From assembly GCF_001194135.2 (NCBI RefSeq), contig NC_068987.1, positions 83,039,662 through 83,103,661 of the forward strand: a DNA stretch of 64,000 nt, in the 5' to 3' direction. Below, piece after piece: positions 38,301 to 50,044 of this stretch (position 1 is the stretch's first letter; each line of letters starts with the position of its first letter). The notes beneath the pieces are model-generated. The model was not told where the DNA came from. It worked only from the letters and a program-made list of their open reading frames with translations, and searched no databases. The stretch comes from Octopus bimaculoides (lineage: Eukaryota). The translations under genes and the position numbers were made by a program.

Positions 38301-41300
38301 GATGAACATAATTTTTAGCCCTTTTAATTTTTAGCTTATTTCTGTCCCTGGATTTGCTGGATTGGATGCGTACAGAGCAGTGTAAGCATTGATGTCATGT
38401 TCAATTCCCAGTGGTTCGGCGGTTCAGCCCATCTTTTTTCACTCAATTATTTAGATATAGTCACTTTAAATGGAGCATATATTATATAATTACAGTTATT
38501 ATATATCATCATCATTATCATTGCTGTTTAATGTCTACTTTCCATGCTGGCATGGGTTGGACGGTTTGACTGAGGACTGGTGAACCAGATGGCTACACCA
38601 GGCTCCAATCTGATCTGGCAAAGTTTCTACAGTTGGATGCCCTTCCTAACGCCAACCACTCTGAGAGTGTAGTGGGTGCTTTTACATGCCACCAGCATGA
38701 GGGCCAGTCAGGTGAAACTGGCAACAACCACGCTCAAAAGGTGTTTTTTATGTGCTACCTGCACGGGAGCTAGTCTGGCAGCACTGGCAACAACCACGCT
38801 CGAATGTTATTTTTCGTGTGCTTGTAAGGTGATGCTGGCAACGATCATGCTTGAATGGTGCTACACACACACACACACACACACACATACAAACACACTG
38901 GTCCAGCCTGATGTTTTTTCTTTTTTATTTTGTGTTCCTTTATGTTCCATAACTTAGTGGCCCAACAATTAGAGATTGTTAAAGTAGGTACCAGACTAAA
39001 ATAAGTACTGGAGTTGATATATCTGTGTAAACCTTTGGAGGCAGTGCCCCAGAATGGCTGCAGTCCAGTGACTAAAACCACTGTAAGAATTAAAGAATAT
39101 ATAGCAACCAGATCAAAAGAGCTCTTTACATTATCTTCTGATGTGAATGAACAATAGATGAAAGAAAGGCAAAAATGTATTTCTCTGTTTCTGATAAGCT
39201 GTTAGGCATTTTGCCAAGATAGGAATCAGACTGTCCATAATTACCAGAAATGTTTCAATTTAAAAATTTTAAGAAGATGCTTGAATTTCAACAAAAGATC
39301 AATAAAACCAAATCATCAATCTAGATGAATCATCACTCGTTCAATTTTGCTTGTATTGTCTTAACGTTTTCTTGCTGATAACAAGTTAACAACATCTCTT
39401 GGTTTCCTTCTCTATCTTCAAGACAGGAGATAATATCATAAGAAAATAATTGAGCACAAATTCAGAGAGTAAGCTAGTTGGTTAAATTCTGGCCTGCAGA
39501 TACCCAGATAAAATTGGTCAGTTTGTTAATGATGTTCTTTAACTCCAGCCCAGCCTTGATTGAGCAGAGCTATGATCATAAACAGCCCAACCATGACACT
39601 CCCATCTGTTCTTTTCTTCTGCTGGCTAAATATATCTGGAAGTACATTATCCAATGTACCATCCCACTACCTTTTTTTTATATTTTCTTCTAGACACTAA
39701 GTGTAACCTGAGATCTCGCTGCCATTTCTAGATGGTTGTGAAGTAAATTAAGTGAGATAGGCTCTCCTAATTGTAAGGTTGATATTGATATCTAGCTTTA
39801 ATTTTTGAAATTAAATGCATGGGAGAAATAAATCATCGTCATAATCATCATCACCACCATCATCATCATTTTAATGTCCGCTTTTCCATGCTTACCTGTT
39901 TTGGAACTGGAATCAAGCACATACCCACATGCACACGCAGAAATATACACGTATAGATTGAAAGAGAGGAAGACATTACAATTCATTAATTGATCATGAT
40001 TGAAATAAACACTTCCCCTCTTCTCATACACAGAAAGAAAAATATGCTCACACACGTAAACAGAGAGAGAGAGTGAATTTATCAACTAAATATGATTGGC
40101 ATAAGTACTTCGCTTCTCCTTTTACAAATCAAGTGAAATGTGCTGACAAACACAAACAGAGATGGATGGAGGGAGAGAACAAGAGGAACATTATTTGATG
40201 TGAAATAAGTTAGCATCAAACCAGCGACACCAGATCGGCATGGCACAGCTATTGTTGTACCAAAATGTCTCCTACCCTAGAAAACCCATCTGCTCCCCTG
40301 AACACGACAGTCGCATGGTACCTCCTCTAACCAGGACTGTTTGACACATTCATTTCTCCTACTGTGTCTCACCGCACAAGTCCTGTGCTAACCAATTCGT
40401 CTGGTCCTTCCTTTGCAGAATGTCAACTCCCTGAAATTCTCTCTCCATCTACATTTTCCCAGTGAATGTCAAATTAGAGATGTTAAAGCTGAACTGTGCT
40501 GATCTCTACGAATAGTCTTGGAGGTGCCGAAATGGCTGTTCCAGAACGCCTCATATCCTACACTCATGGCCTTTGCAGGTCTTCTGAGATCAGTTAAATT
40601 GATGTGGTTCATGTCCTTCTTGAACAGCTGCAAATTGATGGCTGCCAGAAAAATACATGGACAGAGAAGAAATTCTAGAAGGCTAACCTCCTGTGGAAGA
40701 AGGACTGGATTAAATGGTTAATGGGATGGTGGGTAAACATGGTGAACTGGGTAACACAGGGTATAGATCAGCTAAGTGGGCCACAGTAGAGATGTCATGA
40801 GTTCCAAGTGCACGTGGGTCTTTTAACTGTGGTAGAAAAGCTAGTGAAGAGACAGCATGTATGCAGGTTAGTGGTTGGATTGTTGTTATCATCAATCCCT
40901 GGGAATTATTGCCTCAATCCTAGGATTCATAGGGTCGGTTACTTAGTTTCCATTGTGTACAAATGACCAGTTGTTGTGCCAGTTTTTTTTCTTTTTGTTT
41001 TCCTTTTCTTTTTTTGACATACGGTATGTGTGTAGTAGCAGTAATATTTCATGTTAGAGTATTATTGTATTGTAATATTCCATATCAACATGTTTCCACA
41101 TCTCAAAAACCCTAAATTGTCAAAGAATTTTTTTCCCTTTCTGACATGCCATATTTACTGTATAAAGTTGATGTAAGTTAAATACATAAAAATATATATT
41201 TAAAAATATATATTTTGTTTTGATAGGTGTTTACAGGATGAAACCTTTATTTAAGATATGTATAAAATGCATTTTTTATGTTTGGAAAAGAATATATGTT

Positions 41301-41318
41301 TCTTTTGTACCTTTCTAG

Positions 41319-41379
41319 GTTATGGTCAGGTGATTTGCAGAAAATCCTCTTGCTTGAAAAATCTTCTTGCCTTATTCAG
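41319..41379 (+). CDS. TERB1: TERB1-like exon (61 nt, phase 1-2)
   Basis: Acceptor ctttctAG, donor AG|GTATGT; encodes YGQVICRKSSCLKNLLALF. Confidence 0.9.
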
Positions 41380-44300
41380 GTATGTTTTGATCATTTTGCA
41401 TTTTTTTTATGGAGACTTGAAAAATAAACTTTGTAAAAAGAATGTACAAAATATTTCTGCTAAAAATGTGTTTCAGTTAAAGAATTGGTTTCATTAATAG
41501 TTTAATCAGTCATCATCATCATCATCATTTTAATGTCTGCTTTTCCATGCTTGCATGGGTTGGACAGAATTTATTGAGGTAGATCATCTACAGCTGGATG
41601 CTCTTTCTGTCGCCAACGTTTACCTGTTTCCAAGCAAGGTAATATTTTCCCATGATCAGACGTATTGTTAAAGAATATTGGAATATTTCCCTTGCAGAAT
41701 ATTGGTAATATTTCCCTTGGCCACACATTTTCACAGAATTTTGGAAATGAATGCCACTACATGTATGACTGTGAAAATCATTTCACAACTATCTTTACAT
41801 TCCGAGTTCAAATTCCGTCGAGGTCGACTTTGACTTTCATCCTTTCGGAGTCGATAAATTAAGTACCAGTTGCGTACTAGGGTCAATCTAATCAACTGCC
41901 CGTCCCCCTTGAAATTTCGTGCCTCGTGCCTACATTAGAAGTGAATCATTTCACAACTATCACACTATGTAAAGACAAAGAGACACAAACATACAAACAC
42001 TGATTCACATACATACACAGTGGACTTTTTTTCAGTTTCTGTCTAGCAAATCCATTCACAAGTCTTTAGTCTGTCCGGGGCTATTGTAGCTAATGCTTTG
42101 ATTTACTGTTTTGGAGATCTACCATTGTAGTCTGGACCATCTTGGCAGTTGCTTAATCTGTAGCTTTTAATTTGGCTCCTTCTAAAATGACTGAATGCTT
42201 GTGCTTAAGCAAACAGAATTATATTAAAATATTGATTGAGACGAAAATTACCAGGGATGGCCTCTACGTGAAAAACATATTGTTACAGATTTAATGTAAT
42301 GAGCCCAAACAGTTTAATTTAAAATGGCATTTGTAGTGAGGAGAGAAATCTTTAGCTTTAATCATTAATTCTGATCATAAAAGGCAAGGGAGACAACTCT
42401 GAAATCTGAATTAAAAATTGAATGGAGGCATGGAGAAGGAGAGTGAATCTGATCTTTACAAAATGAGCATGTTATCGTCTCTCTTTAACTTGAAATCTGG
42501 TATATTGTCCTCTTCTAATCCAGTTGATGCCATCTACTATTTATCTTTCGTCTATGGAATCAGTTATGTCCAATCAAGGTTGAGCATACAGCTGCATTTA
42601 TGTGAGAGTGTTTGTGTTTCCTTGTCTTGACATTGCATGGTTCTTGTAAATGAATGTCATTCACATTTGATACTCAGCTGGAACACGTCTGTCCATGGGG
42701 AGATATATTACCTTGCTTGAAAGCTGGTAAGGGTTGGCAACAGCAATGACATCCAGCCATAGAAAATCTGCTTCAATAAACTTTGTCCGGCCTATTCATC
42801 ATCATCATCATCATCATCATCATTGTTTAATGTCCATCTGCCATGCATGCATGGATAGGACAGTTGACAGGAGCCAGACAGGTAGAAAAACTACCCTGGG
42901 CTATTGTGTCTGTTTTAGCAGGGGTTTTACAGCTGGATGCCCTTCCTAACACCAACCACTCTGCAGAGTGGACTCAGTGCTTTTTATGTGGCACTAGCAC
43001 AGGCGAGGTTAGTTTTGGCTGGATGCCCTTCCAAACGCCAACCATGATGTATGTATGTTCAAGCATGGAAAAGTGGACATTAAAACAGTGATAAAATGCA
43101 ATTTATTTCTTGAAAGAAATATAGTTAAAAAAGGTCTAAAGGATCCTGCTTTTCACAGATCTTTGCCTGTGCCTATCCTCTACTCAAAATTACAAACCCT
43201 TTGTAGATGCTCTCCTTGTCACAACTCTTTCTAAATATGGCATCAAGCTGTCATTTAGTTACAAGGATCATTGTCTCATGGTTCTGTCCTTTTGATGTCT
43301 TGTAAACAACTCGCACATGCAAGTGCTACCAGTTGAGGACTCCGCATACCGGAAGCCAGCAAGTGTATGGGGTCATCAGGAGATAATGCGCGCCGTTTCG
43401 GGGTCTACCTCTCGACAGCATCAATGCGCACCGGCCCCCCTCACTGATATGAGACCCCGCTTGCTAGATCAACTGGTTATTAAAAACAAAGCTCAGTATT
43501 TCTCTAGCCATCGCTCNNNNNNNNNNTGAGACCCCGCTTGCTAGATCAACTGGTTATTAAAAACAAAGCTCAGTATTTCTCTAGCCATCGCTCATCGTCT
43601 CTTTTTAACCAAATCCAGTGGCTAGCCTTCTCCACTGTATTTTGGATATCGGTCATGGTGGTATTTACCTTACGATGAGTTAGGCCTAACGATGTTAGAT
43701 CCAACATTAATTCAACTTCATGAACCCAAGATTATTCCATGTCAATTATGAATGTCTTTCATCTTACCTACCTCCTGTTTTATTTCATAATCACATTTAT
43801 TTCTTCAAAAAATTATTATGTTTTGGTGATATAAATTTCTGTTTAAGGAGTTTTAACTTGCAAAGATTCTTTTTCAAATGCTTTTAGAGTGTGTAGCATA
43901 AAATTTTAATATATACAACTCAGCTGCACAAGCATAAAATGAAATTAATGTTGAACTTAGTTCTTTAAAATATCCAAACTTGGTTGACATTCTCTTAAAG
44001 GGATTAATTCTGGATTTGCCTTTAAACGTGCATGAATAAATAAAATTCGTTTTAGTATAATCTTTATCCTCATTAAAATTTCAATGTCGGAATGACAATT
44101 CATGCTTGAAGCTATGACTTTATGTTCTTATATTTCTTATTTAAATTTCCTGTTTGTTAAATGAAATCCATACAAAAGATGTGTTTGTGATAGGTGATTC
44201 ATAATAGATATTAGAGACATGCAGAATTAATTAAAACTATATTATCTATAAAATTATGCTAATTTTTTTTTATTACCATTTTAGAAATTTAAACTATGAA

Positions 44301-45527
44301 TGTTCATTATTTGAATCTTCTTGGAGAAAATAGTTTCAGCAACTTATATGCAGTAATGCAAATAAGGTTTGGGGATTGGAATTGCATGGCTGTTTCGAGA
44401 AGCATCTTATTCTAAAGCCCTTAGCTGACCAATGTTTTGTCAGGAGATCTCATGGATGGAAATTGTGTAGAGCTCATTGTGTGTGTGTGTGTGTGTGTAA
44501 ATATGTCTTTTACTCTTTTACTTGTTGCAGTCATTTGACTGTGGCCATGCTGGAGCACCGCCTTTAATCGAGCAAATCGACCCCGGGACTTATTCTTTGT
44601 AAGCCTAGTACTTATTCTATCGGTCTCTTTTGCTGAACCGCTAAGTGATGGGGACATGAGCACGCCAGCATCAGTTGTCGAGCAATGCTAGGGGGCAAAC
44701 ACAGACACACAAACACACACACACATATATATATACATATATACGACAGGCTTCTTTCAGTTTCTGTCTACCAAATCCACTCACAAAGCTTTGGTCGGCC
44801 CGATGCTATAGTAGAAGACACTTGCCCAAGGTGCCACGCATTGGGACTGAACTCGGAACCATGTGGTTGGTAAGCAAGCTACTTACCACACAGCCACTCC
44901 TGCACCTATATATGTATATGTATTCTTCTATTTGTTTCAGCCATGCAGCTGTAGTCATGCTGGAGCACCACCAGGAAATATGTGTGCATGTTTTTGTGTG
45001 TTTTTCCCTACCACCACTTGGCAACCAGTGTTGGGTTGTTTACATCCCTGTAACTTAATTAACAGTTTAGCAAAAGAGACTGAGAGAATAAGAACCAGGC
45101 TTAAAAATAAGTCCTGGAGTTGATTTATTCGACTAAACCCTTCAGAGCGATGCCACAGCATGGCCACGGTTCAATGACGGAAACAAGTAAAAAAAATGCT
45201 ATGCCCAGAAATTATATTTGGGGAATCACTGACAGTTCTATAAGGGACAAGGAAAGTAACTTTTTGACAACCTTTTTACTTTGTAATTTAGTCTTAAATA
45301 TACCTGAGAATCGTCTAATATATTTCATATCCCAGACCTTAAAAAAAGTTCATTGCTGTCATGTCAGTATATGAATTTAATATTCATAACAGCTCTTGCT
45401 TTTGTTGAAGATTCAAGCTTAAAGGAACTCCTCGCTACACATGATTTCTGTGCAGCCCTATGTACAAGGTTACAACTTCACAATATTTAATCACAGGGAC
45501 CTTAATAGTGACCTACAATTCTAACGA

Positions 45528-46665
45528 AGGAGTCATACCCAATGACTGATGTAGCAGCACCATAATCAAGTACTACAAAGGTAAAAGTGATGCATTAGAT
45601 ACAAATAATTACAGAAGTATCAAGTTGTTGGATCAGGTAATGAAGGTCATGGAGAAGGTCATAGCCCAACTAATTAGGGAGAGAGTCAGTTTAGATGAGA
45701 TGCTACATGGCAGTGAAACATGGGCTGTGACTGCTGAGGACATGTGTAAGCTTGCAAGGAATGAAGCCAGTATGCTCTGCTGGATGTGTAATGTCAGTGT
45801 GCATACTAGACAGAGTGTAAGTGCCTTGAGAGAAAAGTTGGACCTAAGAAGCATCAGATGTGGTGTGCAAGAGAGACAATTGTGCTGGTATGGTCATGTG
45901 GCGAGAATGGATGAGGTTAGCTGTGTGAAAAAGTGCCACACCCTAGCAGTTGAGGGAACCTGTGGAAGAGGTAGACCCAGGAAGATCTGGGATGAGGTGG
46001 TGGAGCACGACCTCGACCTTCGAACATTGGGCCTCACCAAGGCAATGACCAGTGACCGAGACCTTTGGAAATATGCTGTGCTTGAGAAGACCTGACAAGT
46101 CAACTGAGACCATAACCTGTGGCCTATGCCAGAGGTGTAACCAGCCCACTTATGCATACCTTTCCTTCATTGGACACTAAACTCTGCTTGTGAAGACCTG
46201 TTGAGGCAAGTGAAACCGAAATCAAATTCTATGACTGACATCCGTGCTTGTGGAGCTCTGAGAGCACCATCTGAGTGTGATTGTTGCCAGAGCAGTTGAC
46301 TGACTTCCATGCCAGTGGCACGTAAAAAGCACCATTCGAGCGTGATCGTTACCAGCGTCACCTTACTGGCACTTGTGCCGGTGGAACATGAAAAAATATT
46401 TGAGCAAAGTTGTTGTCAGTGCTACTGGAATGGCTCCTGTGTAGGTGGCATGTAAAAAACACCATTTGAGCATGGCCGTTGCAAATACTGCCTTACTGGC
46501 ACGTAAAAGCACCCACTACACTCTTGGAGTGGTTGGCGTTAAGAAGGGCATCCAGCTGTAGAAACTCTGCCAGATCAGATTGGAGCCTGGTGCAGCCATC
46601 TGGTTCGCCAGTCCTCAGTCAAATCATCCAACCCATGCCAGCATGGAAAGTGGACGTTAGACGAT
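45528..46665 (+). mobile_element. RTE LINE derivative with RT core deleted, ending in 3' UTR repeats and tail
   Basis: KGKSDALDTNNYRSIKLLDQVMKVMEKVIAQLIRERVSLDEM joined directly to LHGSETW..WYGHVARMD..VEGTCGRGRPRKIW; stop at 46095; then 3' UTR with tandem tgccagtggcacgtaaaaagcacc units. Confidence 0.88.
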
Positions 46666-47854
46666 AAATTGTATCAGACTGCCAGAAGGGAAGCTAGGAG
46701 ACATGATGATGATGTGTATTTGTGTGTCTGTGTTCGCCCCCCACCATCGCTTGACAACTGATGCTGGTGTGTTTACGTCCCCGTAACATAGTGGTTCGGC
46801 ATAAGAGACCGATAGAATAAGTACTAGGCTTACAAAGAATAAGTCCTGGGGTTCATTTGCTCGACTAAAGGCAGTGCTCCAGCATGGCTTCAGTCGAATG
46901 ACTGAAACAAGTAAAAATGAAAAAAGAAATAAAAATAAAAATACCTTAATGTTTGAAAAGAGACTGAGGTAGGTGGTAAAGAAACAATTTAAAGTGTTCA
47001 AGGATTCAATAAATTGCTTGTGTATAAGATTTGGTTGTTAAAGGCCCTCTATATTTCATGTAAAATATTGCTAGGATGCTGAAAGAAAATTATTGATTAG
47101 AAAGAACTTCCGTCTGTTTTATATATATATGTGTGATTTTTAATGAAGCCAAAAAATGTATAATTTGTGTTAATTACTTGGCTATAATATATTAAGATAA
47201 TAAAGTAGCTTTTAAATGATTTATGCTCTTCATTAGCACTTACTCTTCTAAATAAAATTTTGTAATTGGAGATCAATCAGATCAGTGCTTTTTTTTTTTT
47301 TTTTCAAATTACATTATTGATCTATGATTCTGTTAGCACCATTCTCTTTAATTCAGATTTCATTTGATGAGAAATTAATTGCTACTGCCAAAAATATGCA
47401 GCTCTCAATTCAATACAGTTGTCATCGTATGCAAATGCAATAAAATATAGATTACGGAAACTGTTACATTTCAAACAACAATTACAGCAGCAATACACAC
47501 AATAAATAGATTAATGCTGTCTGTTGTAGGCACAAAACCAGAAATTTAGTAGGAAGATACTGTTGACTGTATCAACAGCAATCTCTTCTCTTCTTTATCC
47601 TTTCTCTTCAGATGGAGCGTAGATCATTGATGACTTTTCTCCACTATTATCCACTCTGGATCATTTCTGCTTTTTCAACTCTGCCTCAGTATTACACCTT
47701 CAGCTACTTTTATTGTGTCCTCTCTTCTGCCTCCCTTGAGGATTCTAGGTTAGGGCTTATGTTTCTCTGAGGTTTTCTTGGTTTTGAATTGTTATCACTG
47801 CTTCTATATATATGTATATATATTTTTTCTAGGTATGGTTGTTGGCGCAAATAT

Positions 47855-48140
47855 AATCATTTACCAACAGATGCTTGTGTAGTATACTTAAAATCAGATG
47901 GCCCGAACACATAAGCAATGTGGAGCTATGGCAAAAAACAAACCAAGTTTCGATTAGGGACCAAATATTTAAGAAAAAGTGGAAGTGGATTGGTAGCACA
48001 ATTAGAAAAGACACACCAAATGTAACGGAAAGTGCTTTACAGTGGTATCCGGATGGATATAGAAAGAGGGGTGGGCCTAAGAACTCATGGTGTAGATCAA
48101 CACAAAAGGAACTAGAGAAAGGGGGACATTCATGACAGAG
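47855..48140 (+). mobile_element. 3' fragment of a second RTE-type LINE (BovB/RTE-X-like)
   Basis: CLCSILKIRWPEHISNVELWQKTNQ..WKWIGSTIRK..ALQWYPDGYRKRGGPKNSW fits the RTE C-terminal pattern RCLR.IL.I.W...ISN.E.W..W.WIGH..R..PQG.R.RGRP..TW. Confidence 0.8.
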
Positions 48141-48559
48141 TATAAGTACAGAAGCGAAAAATTATGCGACATAGAATTCAATTATAAGTGGCCTATACTC
48201 CGCGTTGGAGGGTTAAAGGCAAGAGGAAGGAGAAAAAACGCTCTATACAAACCCATTTTTACCTCAAGGAAGACACAGTCCATATCAATTTAGCCTCTGT
48301 TCTTTGACCTGTCCTGCTTGAGAACCCCTATGAGGAGCCTGCATTCTGCCGGCTTGGTCCTCAGGGTCATTGAGATGCACAAGCCCCGACACCACAGCAA
48401 AGACTAAACCTTGTGGTGGACTAACAACAATATTTGTCTGAAGCTTCAACAAGTCTGTCAGTGTACCTTACAACGATGCTAATAACATGGCTAGATAGAC
48501 AACTTGGTGATGGTGGTGGTGGTAAACCTCATACTTCCAGGCCAGACTGATTCTTCATC

Positions 48560-48790
48560 TGCGAGAAAGAAGAATGCCTACCACAGAAATCTAGTTGCAT
48601 AGAGGAACTCATTGCGTTTCAGGTTATGGTCCACACTAAATGACCACCATGGTGACCTACATTCAGAAACTGCCAATATATGTTCAAGTTGCAATGGAAG
48701 TTCACATGAGGTCTTTCACTGCATGACTGATTCTACTAATCTAAATAGAACAGACCTATGGAACAATCTTAGGAAAGTATCTATACATTC
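48560..48790 (+). mobile_element. Possible LINE C-terminal zinc-knuckle remnant (I/R1-group-like)
   Basis: ETANICSSCNGSSHEVFHCMTDSTNLNRTDLWNNLRKV resembles C-x2-C-x-H..H...L...DLW..P..V ORF ends. Confidence 0.35.
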
Positions 48791-49146
48791 GGATAATCCC
48801 ATGAATGGTAGAAAGTAGTATCTGGCCTGACGTATGCAAAAGAAATCACTCATGTGTCTGGCTTTGTATAATCTAAATGTGCCTGCAGTGTATGGCAAAT
48901 CATAAACAGATTGAAGAATCTATTGGTCTGAGTATTTGCTGTCTAAGATAATGTGGAATGTTCTCTGCAGACAATGGTCTTGGTAAATCTCTTCCATAAA
49001 ATAATATCAATGGGTTATTTATTACTAATTTCCCAGTCACACACTTTTACTTGAGATTCTAAAATTCAAGAAAACCTAAAAGAAGAATTAAATTAAATAA
49101 CTGATTTTGCAAATTTCTTTTTTTCTTTTTTGCTTTCTTTCTACAG

Positions 49147-49268
49147 ATCAATAACAGACAAGAAGACAAAGGAAAGAGACATTTTGGAAAATGCCATTGT
49201 ACAGAATGTCGAGCTTCTTGTTATTGTCTGCAATGCAATATGTACTTGTGTAAATAATCCAAGAAACA
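49147..49268 (+). CDS. TERB1: TERB1-like exon (122 nt, phase 2-1)
   Basis: Long T-rich tract then ctacAG, donor GTGAGT; encodes SITDKKTKERDILENAIVQNVELLVIVCNAICTCVNNPRN (contained in track ORF 49130..49417); CVNNP matches the recalled TERB1 motif. Confidence 0.93.
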
Positions 49269-50005
49269 GTGAGTTTTGCATTTTTAAACAGTTTATGTAT
49301 AGGTGCAGGTATGGCAGTGTGGTAAAGAGTTTGCTTCTCAACCACATAGTTCTAGGTTCAATCCTACTGCTGGGCATCTTGGGCAAGTGTCTTCCAGGGC
49401 CGACCAAAGCCTTGTGAATGGATTTTGTAGACAGAAACTGAAAGAAGCCTGTTGTATATGTATATAAGAATTTATGGTCGAATGAAATGACCCCGGTACA
49501 TTTTTCTTTTTAAACATGGTCCTTATTCTATTGATCTCTTTTGTTGAACCTCTAAGTCACAAGTACAAACATGGGCACAAAGACACACTCACACACACAT
49601 TCACATATATATATATATTCTTTTATTCTTTATTCTTTTACTTGTTTCAGTCATTTGACTGCGGCCATGCTGGAGCACTGCCTTTAGTTGAGCAAATTGA
49701 CCCCAGGACTTATTCTTTGTAAGCCTACTACTTATTCTATCAGTCTTTTTTGTTGAACCGCTAAGTTATGGGGACGTGAACATACCAGCATTGGTTGTCA
49801 AGCGATGTTGGAGGGACAAACACAGACACACAATCACACACACACACACACACTCATGTATATGATGGGCTTCTTTCAGTTTCACAAGGCTTTGGTCGGC
49901 CTGAGGCTATATTAAAAGACACTTCCCCAAGGTAACACACAGTGGGACTGAACCCAGAACCATGTGGTTGGTAAGCAAGCTACTTATCACACAGCTACTC
50001 CTGTG

Positions 50006-50044
<39 letters not shown>

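Noticed and set aside
46300-46520. CRISPR-like repeat-spacer array
   Set aside because: Eukaryotic context; units are degenerate tandem repeats in a LINE 3' UTR, and there are no unique spacers or cas genes.
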